Shown: positions 29,995-39,639, counted from the stretch's first letter. The stretch is 64,000 bases of DNA from Candidatus Moraniibacteriota bacterium (GCA_026985555.1 JALSQF010000011.1:4571-68570), one strand, 5' to 3'. A program made the numbers and translations. Notes: generated by a model not told the origin, from the letters alone.

Positions 29995-30603
29995 ATGTTA
30001 CTAAGAGCAGAAAAAATAAAAACGAAACATCTTATTAAACACGAAACAAAAAGAAAAGCGCTTTTAAAATTTTCATTGGTTATTTTAATTTTCATTGGTT
30101 ATTTCTTTTTTATTTCCTGGAAATATGGCTATCAACAAGGACTAATTATTACCATTTTAAGTTGGTCCTTTTTTGTTTTATGCACTCCAGTTGCTGACGC
30201 GGGTTTTTTAATTGATTTTCCCTTAAGATTAATTTTAAAAATAAGGATGATAGTTGTGGAAAGTGTAGTGTGGTTAATAGCAATTAGCTTAAATTTTTAT
30301 TTTTTCTTTTTTCATTCAGAATTTTATTTAAAAACTAAATTGTTAGATTTTTTTTATTATATTTTAAGTAATCCCGTTCCTTTTTGGATTATTATTTTTC
30401 TTTCGGCTATAGGAACTTTTGTTTCTGTGCAATTTGGAGATGAGTTAATGGACAAAATTCAAAATCAAGATAGAATTATACATAAGAAACATAGAAAAAA
30501 ATTCCGTTGGATTGTTTCGTTAAGTTTATTTATCTTAACTTTTATAGTTTATAAATTTGTGTTAGAAAAGATGGGTGTGAATATCAATAGTTATTTGCAA
30601 TAG
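29995..30603 (+). CDS. Hypothetical membrane protein
   Basis: Multiple TM helices; WSFFVLCTPVADAG. Confidence 0.75.
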   Translation: MLLRAEKIKTKHLIKHETKRKALLKFSLVILIFIGYFFFISWKYGYQQGLIITILSWSFFVLCTPVADAGFLIDFPLRLILKIRMIVVESVVWLIAISLNFYFFFFHSEFYLKTKLLDFFYYILSNPVPFWIIIFLSAIGTFVSVQFGDELMDKIQNQDRIIHKKHRKKFRWIVSLSLFILTFIVYKFVLEKMGVNINSYLQ

Positions 30604-30683
30604 TAAGATAACAATAAGACAGAAGGTTTTACAAGGATTCTTTAGTTTTTTAAAAAACTAAAAAACAAAAGAAAGGAGGAAAA

Positions 30684-30881
30684 ATGAGAAGTTGGCATAA
30701 GAATTATGCTGACAAGCATTATCAAATTCAAAAAAGAAAAAAAAGGAGGTTAAGATGGATCTTGTTTCAGTTTCAAAAAAACTTATTTGTTTCAAATTCA
30801 AAAAACAAAAAGTGGTTTATGAAAGGAGGTGATCCATCATCTAAGGTAGCATATCTTTTTATTGCTACCGCCAAGGGCTAA
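30684..30881 (+). CDS. Small basic ORF (65 aa) within the multi-SD locus
   Basis: GAAAGGAGG at 30671 upstream of ATG 30684; coding status uncertain. Confidence 0.35.
   Translation: MRSWHKNYADKHYQIQKRKKRRLRWILFQFQKNLFVSNSKNKKWFMKGGDPSSKVAYLFIATAKG
30755..30832 (+). CDS. Nested 25-aa ORF MDLVSVSKKLICFKFKKQKVVYERR
   Basis: AAAGGAGGT (30742-30750) 4 nt upstream of ATG 30755; the TGA stop lies inside the third SD motif. Confidence 0.3.
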   Translation: MDLVSVSKKLICFKFKKQKVVYERR

Positions 30882-30919
30882 TCCCCCTTGTGTAATTTTC
30901 TTTTTAAATAAAATAAGAT

Positions 30920-30949
30920 AAGAAGAGAAGGCAATCCTTCTCTTCTTTT
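30920..30949 (+). terminator. Intrinsic terminator
   Basis: AAGAAGAGAAGG-CAAT-CCTTCTCTTCTT 12-bp perfect stem, then T-rich tail. Confidence 0.75.
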
Positions 30950-30971
30950 AATATTTTCTTTAATGATAAAT

Positions 30972-31019
30972 TTTTTCTTCTGGCTATTTAAATGGATATT
31001 TAAATAGCCAGAAGAAAAA
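30972..31019. repeat. Modular palindrome, copy 2 (two ATTTAAAT)
   Basis: 22-bp perfect arms TTTTTCTTCTGGCTATTTAAAT / ATTTAAATAGCCAGAAGAAAAA around GGAT. Confidence 0.9.
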
Positions 31020-31183
31020 TAGGTTTTGAAAAATAAAAAATATTTTTGAAAAATTAAGTTTTAAGTTAAAAGTTTAATAAGGATATCTGCAATCTGCAAA
31101 GTGATTATTTTATACACAATATTATGTTTATTTTTCTAAGAAAATAGTGTAAAATGAAATTGTTTTTCTAAAAATATTAAATT

Positions 31184-33463
31184 ATGTTTCTCAAAAAGAT
31201 AGAACTTAATGGTTTTAAGTCTTTTGCAAATAAAACTAGTTTAATTTTTTCTTTGCAGAATAATCAAAAACGGCCATCCCTTACAGCTATTGTTGGTCCT
31301 AATGGATCAGGAAAATCTAATATAGCAGATGCTTTACGTTGGGTGATGGGTGAACAATCTTTAAAAAAAATTAGAGGAAAAAGTTCTCAAGATATAATTT
31401 TTGCTGGTTCTAACGGTAAGACATCTAAAAATGTAGCAGAAGTTACTTTATATTTAGATAATCAAGATAAAAAAATTCCTTTAAATTTTAAAGAAATAAT
31501 TATTTCACGGAAACTTTTTCGTTCTGGTGAAGCGGAATATTTTATTAATAAAAGCAGATCGCGTCTTTTAGATGTTGTGGATTTATTAGCTAAAGCGGGA
31601 ATAGGAAAGGGAAATTATTCAGTTATGAATCAAGGAATGACAGATGCTATTCTGAATGCTACCCCATGGGAAAGAAAAAATATATTAGAAGAAGCTGCTG
31701 GCGTAAAACAATTTCAAATCAAAAAAGAAAGAGCTGAAAAAAAATTAGAAGATAGCTTGTTTAATTTATTAAGAATAGAAGATCTGCTTAAAGAAATCAA
31801 ACCACGACTTTCTCACTTAAAAAAACAGAATAAAAAACTGGAAGAAAAAGAAAAGATTTCAAAAGAATTAAAAATTTTACAAGAAAAATTATTTAGTTAT
31901 CGTTGGAAAAAATTATATTTAGAAAAAAAACAATATTTAGAAAAAAAACAAATAGCTAGTAGCGTTTTAATGAATAAACAACGAGAAGTAGATAAAATTA
32001 GTGATGATTTAAAATCATTGTCTCAAGAATATAAGCAAGATACTTTAGAAGAAAAACTAAAAAAAGAAGAAAAAATTTTTCAACAAAAACTTAATGAAGC
32101 TGAAAGAGATTTAATGATAAGTGAAGGTAAAATAGATTTAATCAAGGAAAAAATAAATAACTATTCTCAAAAAACTATTATTCCAGCGGATTTAAGTTAT
32201 TTTAAAAAACGTTGGAACGATTTTTTTCAAAAACAACAGACTTTTTTTCAAAAAATAAAAGAAGCTAAAAATGAGAAAGATTGGAATAATTTAAAAGAGG
32301 AAGCTAAAAAAATTGAAAAGGAAATGCAGAGTATATTGTCAGAACTTAAGGAAGGAAAAAGGGAAATAGATTTAGAAACGGAAAACTTAGAAGAGATTAA
32401 TAAATTGAAACAGATTTTAAATAATTGGAAGAAAAAGCAAAAAGTTTTTTCTCAAAATATTTTAGATAACAGAAAAAAAATAGAAAAAATAAGAAAAGAA
32501 ATAAGAGAAAAAGAAGAATTAATTCAAAAACAACGTCAGCAATTTTTCGTGTTAGAAGAAAAGTTTTATCAAGAACAAGGAGAATTGCGACAATTAAAAG
32601 ATGATTTTAATGACTTAAAAATTTCTTTAGCTCGTTTAGACGTGAAAGAAGAAGATTTAAAAAAAGAAATTCAAAGAGAATTAGGCAAAAGTCCTCAAAA
32701 TCTTATAAATATTTTAGAAAAAATAAATGAAGAAAATTTAGAAAGAAAAGTTTTTCAACTAAAAATCAAAAAAGAAAAAATAGGAGAAATAAATCATTCC
32801 ATTAAAGCAGAATATGAAGAAACCGAAAAACGTTTTAACTTTCTTTTTAAAGAGAAAGAGGACATTGAAAAAGCAGTTAGTTCTTTAAGGGAAGTAATTA
32901 AAGAAATGGATGAAAAAATAAACAAAACTTTCCAAGAAACTTTTCAAAAAGTTAATCAAGAATTTAATAAATATTTTAGAATTATTTTTGGAAGCGGAAA
33001 AGCTCAATTAGTATTAGTGCAGAAAAAAAATAAACCAGATTTAAATGACAATGAAAGTAAAAATAGTGATGAAGAAAAAAAATATTTTCAAGAAAAAAAT
33101 AACAATCAAAAGAAAAAAATTAAACCAGAAACAGGAATTGAAATAGAGGTTTTTCCTCCTCAAAAGAAAATCAAACATCTTTCTATGTTATCAGGAGGAG
33201 AACGATCTCTAACTTCTATCGCGCTTCTTTTTGCTATCATTGCTTACAATCCACCTCCTTTTGTAGTGTTAGATGAAGTGGAAGCAGCTTTAGATGAATC
33301 AAATTCTCGTCGTTTTGGTAAGATCTTAAAAGAACTTTCTTCTAAAACACAATTTATTGCTATTACACACAATAGAGAAACTATGGAGCAAGCAGATTTT
33401 ATTTATGGAGTTACTATGAAAAATAATGGGGTTTCTAAATTACTTTCTCTTAAACTAGAATAA
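31184..33463 (+). CDS. smc: Short SMC-family chromosome segregation ATPase
   Basis: GFKSF, GPNGSGKSN, LSGGE, LDEVEAALD, ITH; only 759 aa. Confidence 0.9.
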   Translation: MFLKKIELNGFKSFANKTSLIFSLQNNQKRPSLTAIVGPNGSGKSNIADALRWVMGEQSLKKIRGKSSQDIIFAGSNGKTSKNVAEVTLYLDNQDKKIPLNFKEIIISRKLFRSGEAEYFINKSRSRLLDVVDLLAKAGIGKGNYSVMNQGMTDAILNATPWERKNILEEAAGVKQFQIKKERAEKKLEDSLFNLLRIEDLLKEIKPRLSHLKKQNKKLEEKEKISKELKILQEKLFSYRWKKLYLEKKQYLEKKQIASSVLMNKQREVDKISDDLKSLSQEYKQDTLEEKLKKEEKIFQQKLNEAERDLMISEGKIDLIKEKINNYSQKTIIPADLSYFKKRWNDFFQKQQTFFQKIKEAKNEKDWNNLKEEAKKIEKEMQSILSELKEGKREIDLETENLEEINKLKQILNNWKKKQKVFSQNILDNRKKIEKIRKEIREKEELIQKQRQQFFVLEEKFYQEQGELRQLKDDFNDLKISLARLDVKEEDLKKEIQRELGKSPQNLINILEKINEENLERKVFQLKIKKEKIGEINHSIKAEYEETEKRFNFLFKEKEDIEKAVSSLREVIKEMDEKINKTFQETFQKVNQEFNKYFRIIFGSGKAQLVLVQKKNKPDLNDNESKNSDEEKKYFQEKNNNQKKKIKPETGIEIEVFPPQKKIKHLSMLSGGERSLTSIALLFAIIAYNPPPFVVLDEVEAALDESNSRRFGKILKELSSKTQFIAITHNRETMEQADFIYGVTMKNNGVSKLLSLKLE

Positions 33464-33581
33464 TTTATATAAAATAATAAAAGTATTTATTGTCGTTGAC
33501 AAAATGAGTGTTTTTTGCAACAATTTTAATGGTTTTTTGTAAAATAAATATTATTAAACATTATTAAGGAGGTTGTATTAG

Positions 33582-33929
33582 ATGGCGCAAAAAAGAATTT
33601 TGTTTGTAGACGATGATAGTATTTGGAGGGAATTTGCCGAGATACTTTTAGGTGAATTTGAGTTGTTCTTTGCTGAAAATGGCAAAGAAGCTTTGGATAA
33701 AATTAAAGAGGATAGTTTTGATTTGATCATAACAGATACAGAGATGCCTGTTATGAACGGAAAAGAGCTAATTATATACTTAAAAGCTCATTTTCCAGAA
33801 ATGTCCATTATAATGATCAGTTCCTTAGATCATTATAAAAATTGGGCTGATGGCCAGGGAATTTGTTTTATTTCTAAAGAATTTTTTATCTCCTTATTAC
33901 CTATGGAGGTTAAAAAAATTTTAAATTGA
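33582..33929 (+). CDS. Stand-alone response regulator receiver domain
   Basis: ILFVDDD, DLIITD.EMP.MNG, ISK; SD AAGGAGG upstream. Confidence 0.88.
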   Translation: MAQKRILFVDDDSIWREFAEILLGEFELFFAENGKEALDKIKEDSFDLIITDTEMPVMNGKELIIYLKAHFPEMSIIMISSLDHYKNWADGQGICFISKEFFISLLPMEVKKILN

Positions 33930-33989
33930 TTATTATTGCTTCCTTTAGGCAGAGTTATTAAAACTAACTTTGCTGAAAAGGAAGTTTTT

Positions 33990-35339
33990 TTATTGAGTAA
34001 CAATTTTTAAAATTTCTTTTTTTTTTCTTTCCATAAGATCCTTGTTGTCAGCTTCTAAATTTAATCTTAATATAGGCTCTGTATTGGAAGGGCGGACATT
34101 AAACCACCAACGTTGTCCTTGCGGTTGTTTCCAAAAACTAACTTTAATACCATCTAAAAAACTAATTTTTCCAGTGGAATATTTTTTTTCTAAAGTTTTT
34201 AAAACCTTATCTTTATTTTTAACTTTATTATTAATTTCTCCTGTGTGGTAATAACGATGATAAGCATCAACTAATTGTGAAATGGTTTTCTTAGTTTTTG
34301 ACATTAAATTAAACAAATAAGATATAACTAAAGGTGTGGCTTCTGCATTATAATTTTCTTGAAAATAATAATGTCCTGATAATTCTCCCGCAAAAATAGC
34401 TTTTTCTTCCCGCATTTGTTTTTTAATAAAAGCATGTCCTACCCTACATTCTATGGCTTGTCCACCATTTTCTTCAATTATTTCTTTTACTGCCATGGAA
34501 GAACGTAAATCATAAAGTATTTTAGCGTGAGGATTTTTTTCTAATATTATTTTAGCTACAAGAGCAGTTATGGCATCCATAGGAATAATTTCTCCTTTTT
34601 CATCTACAAACCCAACTCTATCAGCATCTCCATCATAAGCGATACCTAGATCAGATTTATTTTTTATTACCTCTTTTTGTAAATCGTGAAGCGTTTCTGT
34701 TTTTAATGGATTAGCTTCGTGATGAGGAAATTTCCCATCTAAATTAGCGTAAATAGTTTGAACTTTAAAATTTTGAGGAAAACGTTGGTAGAATTCTAAT
34801 TCTAAAATACCCATTGCATTAGCTGGATCAATGGAAAGATTGAATAATTGATTGTGTATTTTTAAAAAAGAAGAAAAATAATTAAAATATTCTTCTTTGA
34901 TGTCATAAGAAACAATTTTTCCTTTCTGGACGGAATTATTATTAAAATTATTTTCTAAAACCATTTTCTCAATTTCTTGTAAACCACTTTCCGCTCCGAT
35001 AGGAATAGCTTTTTTACGACAAAATTTCATTCCGTTATATTGGGCAGGATTATGAGAAGCAGTAATCATAATAGCTCCTTCCACATCTAATTTTCCTGAA
35101 GCAAAATAAAGCATAGGCGTAGTAATAAGTCCTAAATCGTAAACATTAACTCCTTCTTGATTTATCCCTCTAACTAAATGTTTAAAAAGCTGAGGGCTAC
35201 TTTTTCTAATATCTCTACCCACGGCTATTTTTTTGGCTTTTAGAAATTGTGCTGTAGCTCTTCCTATTAAATAAGCTAATTTTTCATTAATTTCTTGCGG
35301 ATAAATACCACGTACATCGTAAGCTTTAAAAATATTCAT
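33990..35339 (-). CDS. Phosphomannomutase/phosphoglucomutase
   Basis: FKAYDVRG, TASHNP, DGDADR, GELSGH, RPSNTEP. Confidence 0.95.
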   Translation of the reverse strand: MNIFKAYDVRGIYPQEINEKLAYLIGRATAQFLKAKKIAVGRDIRKSSPQLFKHLVRGINQEGVNVYDLGLITTPMLYFASGKLDVEGAIMITASHNPAQYNGMKFCRKKAIPIGAESGLQEIEKMVLENNFNNNSVQKGKIVSYDIKEEYFNYFSSFLKIHNQLFNLSIDPANAMGILELEFYQRFPQNFKVQTIYANLDGKFPHHEANPLKTETLHDLQKEVIKNKSDLGIAYDGDADRVGFVDEKGEIIPMDAITALVAKIILEKNPHAKILYDLRSSMAVKEIIEENGGQAIECRVGHAFIKKQMREEKAIFAGELSGHYYFQENYNAEATPLVISYLFNLMSKTKKTISQLVDAYHRYYHTGEINNKVKNKDKVLKTLEKKYSTGKISFLDGIKVSFWKQPQGQRWWFNVRPSNTEPILRLNLEADNKDLMERKKKEILKIVTQ

Positions 35340-35365
35340 AGTTTTTATTTAAATTATTAAAAAAC

Positions 35366-35406
35366 AGAAACAAAAAAATCTGCTTTAGGCAGATTTTTTT
35401 GTTTCT
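35366..35406 (-). terminator. Hairpin/terminator after the YbaB-family gene
   Basis: 18-bp stem AGAAACAAAAAAATCTGC / GCAGATTTTTTTGTTTCT. Confidence 0.65.
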
Positions 35407-35659
35407 AGAATAAATTAGGAACATTTCCTTCTTTCATTTCTTTTTGTAATTTCTTTTGTATATTTTTAGTAGCTCTATTAATAGCTTTACGAAGATTTTT
35501 TTCTAAGTCTGAGGATTGTTTAGCTTGATCACTGATTTCTATATTTATTATTTGCATAGCTCCGTTAACGGTTATCTTAATACCTTTATAATCTTCAGTG
35601 GCTGTAATATTTTCCATCATTTTTTTCATTTGATAAATTTGTTTCATTTTGTCAAACAT
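35405..35659 (-). CDS. YbaB/EbfC-family nucleoid-associated protein
   Basis: MFDKMKQ.., ITVNG..QI..IEI, AIN.A pattern; 84 aa. Confidence 0.75.
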   Translation of the reverse strand: MFDKMKQIYQMKKMMENITATEDYKGIKITVNGAMQIINIEISDQAKQSSDLEKNLRKAINRATKNIQKKLQKEMKEGNVPNLF

Positions 35660-35744
35660 AAAATATATTTCTAGAATTAAAATTATTTAGATTAAGTTTT
35701 AAGGATTTTGATATTTTTTATTTTTTGAAAAGGATTCCCAAAAT

Positions 35745-36293
35745 CTAAAAACCACGCACTTGAATTTTTTTAGTTTGATCTTTAGCCGCTTTGGGTAATT
35801 TAATAGTGAGAATTCCGTTTTTTAGAGAGGCCTCAGCCTTGTCAGCTAATATATCTGTAGGTAAAACAACAGAACGAGAAAAAGCTCCCCAATAACATTC
35901 TTGATAATAATAATCGTCTTGTGAAACTTCTTCTTCTAATTTTCGTTCTCCTTTTATTGTTACCATATCGTTATTTATGGATACATCTAAATCTTCTGGT
36001 TTGACACCAGCGATAGTTGATTTAATAATAATGTCTTCAGGAGTTTGATAAACATCAATAGTTAGTTGTCCTTCTCCATCATTATCATCTTCTTCTAATT
36101 CTTCTTTTAATTCGTTTTTGTTTTTCCATTGATTGTTTTCTTCTATCGTAGTTTCTTCTTCTGGAATAGTTACTTCTGTTTCCTCATCTTCAGAAAAAAT
36201 ATCCATACTTTCCATTTCTTCTAAAGTTTCATCATCTTCTATTTTTTTACTGCCAGTTAATTTTTCAAAAAATGATCTCTTTGTTTTTGTCAT
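35745..36293 (-). CDS. Hsp20/alpha-crystallin small heat-shock protein with acidic N-terminus
   Basis: DVYQT, ECYWGAFSRS..LP, LKNGILTIKLPK. Confidence 0.92.
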   Translation of the reverse strand: MTKTKRSFFEKLTGSKKIEDDETLEEMESMDIFSEDEETEVTIPEEETTIEENNQWKNKNELKEELEEDDNDGEGQLTIDVYQTPEDIIIKSTIAGVKPEDLDVSINNDMVTIKGERKLEEEVSQDDYYYQECYWGAFSRSVVLPTDILADKAEASLKNGILTIKLPKAAKDQTKKIQVRGF

Positions 36294-36449
36294 ATGTTTA
36301 GATTTCTGTATTTGTTTTTTTACAGAAATATTAATTATATAATTTACTTACTTTTTTAAATTTAAAGCTTAATTTAATTTTATTATAATTTAAAAATTAA
36401 AGCAAGTAAATAAAATTTAATGTGGATAATTTTGATGATTATTTCAATG

Positions 36450-36935
36450 TTAAAAATAAAAAATTATTAAATTATAAACAGAATGAATGAGTAGAGTAAT
36501 AATCAATGCTTTGATTATTTCAGTTAAATTTTGTTTTTGCCTCAAAAAAAAGATAGCTACTGAGAAAGTAATAATATGAACAAAATAAATAGATATAAGA
36601 GGAAAAAATGTAATGGTTGTATTTTTATAATACAATAAAATTGTTTCTAAAAAAGCAAAACCTATCCCACTCAAGAAACTAGCGGAAAAAACAGGCAATT
36701 TGTTTTTCTGATGTGTTTTTAAATAAAGATAAACAAAAATAATTTTAGTAATTTCCTCTATGAAAATAGAAAAAAAGAAGAAAAAATTTAAAAAATTGAA
36801 TTGGATTATGTTTTCTATTTCTGAAGTTTTGTAAAAAATATTCAAAAAAATAATTTCACTAATAAATCCTAATATGGCTGAAAAAATACCAATAAAAAAC
36901 CAATCAAACCAAGAATGTAGTTTTATTTTATACAT
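36450..36935 (-). CDS. PrsW-like intramembrane metalloprotease (short)
   Basis: IEEITK, GIGFAFLE, H, HSVYN motifs. Confidence 0.7.
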   Translation of the reverse strand: MYKIKLHSWFDWFFIGIFSAILGFISEIIFLNIFYKTSEIENIIQFNFLNFFFFFSIFIEEITKIIFVYLYLKTHQKNKLPVFSASFLSGIGFAFLETILLYYKNTTITFFPLISIYFVHIITFSVAIFFLRQKQNLTEIIKALIITLLIHSVYNLIIFYF

Positions 36936-37085
36936 AAATTAAATAAAGTATTATAATAAAAGTATATCACAACAACTAGCTTTTCTCAAAAAAACTGCTA
37001 TAATACATTAATGAAATAAATTAATTAAATGTTGTTATTAATTTATTGCTAATTAATTTTTTGATAAGTTTTTATAGTTATAATT

Positions 37086-37757
37086 ATGAACATACAATAT
37101 TATGGCCATTCTTGTTTTAAGATAACAACTAAACCAGAGGGTAGGGCCACACAAGAAGTTGTAATTTTTTTAGATCCTTTTGAGAAAAGTATTGGTTTAA
37201 GACCGCCCACAGGAAAAGCTGATTTAGTTTTATGCACTCATAAGCACTATGATCATCACAATGTTTCAGCAATTAAACCTAAAGAAAAAAATGATAAATT
37301 GTTGGTATTAGATACTCCTGGAGAGTATTCCGTAAAAAAAGTTGATATCATCGGAATAGATAGTTTTCATGATAAAGAAAATGGAAAGGAAAGAGGCAGG
37401 AACACTATATTTGTTTTAAACACAGAAAATATAAAATTAGTTCATTTGGGAGATTTGGGAACAGATTTATCTACAGAGCAAAGAGAAAAGTTAGGGGAGG
37501 TAGATGTTCTTATGGTACCTATTGGAGGTAAATATACTATTGACGGAAAAGAAGCCAGTATGCTAATTCGTAAAGTTGAACCACATCTTATCATTCCTAT
37601 GCATTATAAGGTTAAGGGATTAAAGATTGACATTGCTGACGAAAAAGAATTTTGTGGAGAAATGGGTAATTGTCCTCAAGAAAAAGTTAATAAAATTAGT
37701 TTAAAGAAAAAAGATTTAGCAGAAAAAAATATGGAGATAGTATTAATGAGAGCTTAA
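37086..37757 (+). CDS. MBL-fold metallo-hydrolase
   Basis: GHSCF, THKHYDH, HLGD, IPMHY. Confidence 0.9.
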   Translation: MNIQYYGHSCFKITTKPEGRATQEVVIFLDPFEKSIGLRPPTGKADLVLCTHKHYDHHNVSAIKPKEKNDKLLVLDTPGEYSVKKVDIIGIDSFHDKENGKERGRNTIFVLNTENIKLVHLGDLGTDLSTEQREKLGEVDVLMVPIGGKYTIDGKEASMLIRKVEPHLIIPMHYKVKGLKIDIADEKEFCGEMGNCPQEKVNKISLKKKDLAEKNMEIVLMRA

Positions 37758-37766
37758 AATAAAATT

Positions 37767-38054
37767 ATGGGAATTAGTAAAAAAATAGAAGAAATTCGTC
37801 AGAAGCCAGAACACATTAGATTGAGATATGTTTATGGAGCAGTGGCTATATCAATGATAATAATTATAATTATCTGGATTTTTTCTTTAAAATTAGAATT
37901 AGGAGAAATAAACGATGTTTCTGTTGAAAATAAAGACAATGTTACAAGGGTAAATGAAATAAATAGTTTAGTGCGTCCTCCTTTTCAAGATTATCAAAAA
38001 AATACTCAGAATAAGAATGATAAAAATTTTGAAAATTATCAAAGAGGGGAATAA
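37767..38054 (+). CDS. Hypothetical single-TM protein
   Basis: IEEIRQKPEHIRLRY followed by a TM helix. Confidence 0.7.
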   Translation: MGISKKIEEIRQKPEHIRLRYVYGAVAISMIIIIIIWIFSLKLELGEINDVSVENKDNVTRVNEINSLVRPPFQDYQKNTQNKNDKNFENYQRGE

Positions 38055-38064
38055 AAATAAAAAG

Positions 38065-38092
38065 TTGACAAGTATTACGTTTTTTTTATAAT
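38065..38092 (+). promoter_or_regulatory. Sigma70 promoter of the surface-protein cassette
   Basis: TTGACA-16 nt-TATAAT. Confidence 0.7.
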
Positions 38093-38181
38093 TATATTAG
38101 TCGTAAAATTTTATATATAACATGTAAATGTAAATTGAATATAATACTTTAAGTAAGTAATTAAAAATAAAAACAAAAAAT

Positions 38182-38559
38182 ATGGAATTTTTAAAGGGCA
38201 GCATTACAGCTAATAAAAAAAATTTTTTTATAGCTGTTTTAATTATTGTCATAGCTATAATAGCTTTTTCTATTTTTTTGGTTGTTTTTAAAAAAGGAGC
38301 GAGTGAATATTTACAAACAAAAGAAATTATTCAGAGAAAACAAATGAAAAATGTTAATAAAATCTCAAATGAAAAAACGGAAAATAATTCAAAAACTACA
38401 GAAAATAATACTAGTGATAATGGTATAGATGAAGAAACACAAAAACTATTGAATGAAAAAACGGAAAATAATTCAAAAACTACAGAAAATAATACTAGTG
38501 ATAATGGTATAGATGAAGAAACACAAAAACTATTGAATGAAAAATTTAAAAATGAATAA
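38182..38559 (+). CDS. Hypothetical single-TM protein with internal 28-aa duplication
   Basis: TM helix, then NEKTENNSKTTENNTSDNGIDEETQKLL twice. Confidence 0.75.
   Translation: MEFLKGSITANKKNFFIAVLIIVIAIIAFSIFLVVFKKGASEYLQTKEIIQRKQMKNVNKISNEKTENNSKTTENNTSDNGIDEETQKLLNEKTENNSKTTENNTSDNGIDEETQKLLNEKFKNE
38368..38544 (+). repeat. Perfect 84-bp tandem duplication (2 units + 9 bp)
   Basis: 38368-38451 is identical to 38452-38535; AATGAAAAA recurs at 38536. Confidence 0.95.
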
Positions 38560-38610
38560 TATTTATTCTTTATTATTTAGTTTTATAAATTAATTTAAAT
38601 AAAAAAAAGT

Positions 38611-39639
38611 ATGAAAAAAATTAAAAGAAAAATCAAATATTGGGGAGGAGTGATAATTATAGGGATAATGCTTGGAATTTCAATCCAGTTTGTAGTAGCT
38701 TGGACAGAACCTTCTTTAGATCCTCCTACGAGTAATCTATTGGCACCCATTAATATAAGTAACAATAGTCAATATAAAGAAGGTAGTCTTTATTTAAATT
38801 CGTCAGGAGCTTATGTTAATGGATTAATAGTAAGGAATAATGCTATAATTAGAAATTTAAATGGAGGAACAACTAGTTTGTATGTGGGATATAATCATGC
38901 GACTGGTAATAATTCTAATGACGGAAGAATAATTCTTTTTGGAGAACATAATAATCATATTTATACAGCAACAATAACTCAAGGAAGCTCTAATTTGTTT
39001 ATTAGCACGCCAGGTCATGTGATGTCTAGTTCTCCTTTGGATATTGTATCAGGAAATCAGCTCTTAGTTAGAAGTAGCAGTAATAATAATATAGGGTATA
39101 TACGTCATAATGGTAGCAATTTTCAATTATATACTAATCATGGAAACATTCAAATAGGTGATAACAATGATAATGTTGGAATAGGAACATCTTCTCCTAG
39201 TAAGAAATTGGATGTAGCTGGAGCAGTAAAAGGTGATCAGTTATGTATTGGTAGTGATTGTCGCAGTAGTTGGCCTACTCCAGGTGGTTCGGGAAAATTA
39301 ATACGAAATATTAGATATTCCAATAGAATTACAGTTGTAAGAAACACATATAACGTTGATGCTGGTTATGTTTATTGCCATTCTGATGAAATATTAGTAA
39401 ATTGTGCTTATTATTCAGGAAATTTAAATAGAATTGTAACGTATAGTGATATAAATGTTAATTCTGCTTATTATTATGATAAGTATCCTAATAGTAACTG
39501 GGAAAGAGATAATGTACTTCAAGTTAGAATGACACCTGATCATAATGGTTGTTATATTCATTATTGTGATGATGATCCTTATCATAAGTTTAATAATTAT
39601 TATCTTTGGACAGTGGCTATTTGTCTGAGAGTGCAGTAA
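38611..39639 (+). CDS. Putative fibre/adhesin-like surface protein
   Basis: TM + AWTEP..PP..N..APIN, NVGIGTSSP..KLDVAG, LCIGSDCRSSWP, Cys-containing C-terminal domain ending TVAICLR. Confidence 0.65.
   Translation: MKKIKRKIKYWGGVIIIGIMLGISIQFVVAWTEPSLDPPTSNLLAPINISNNSQYKEGSLYLNSSGAYVNGLIVRNNAIIRNLNGGTTSLYVGYNHATGNNSNDGRIILFGEHNNHIYTATITQGSSNLFISTPGHVMSSSPLDIVSGNQLLVRSSSNNNIGYIRHNGSNFQLYTNHGNIQIGDNNDNVGIGTSSPSKKLDVAGAVKGDQLCIGSDCRSSWPTPGGSGKLIRNIRYSNRITVVRNTYNVDAGYVYCHSDEILVNCAYYSGNLNRIVTYSDINVNSAYYYDKYPNSNWERDNVLQVRMTPDHNGCYIHYCDDDPYHKFNNYYLWTVAICLRVQ

Noticed and set aside
30821-30836. 16S rRNA gene fragment on the minus strand
   Set aside because: Only the terminal 16 nt match; the adjacent helix-45 sequence is absent, so this is not an rRNA remnant
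38611-39639. Diversity-generating retroelement target
   Set aside because: No reverse transcriptase and no template-repeat copy of the 3' end were seen in the window
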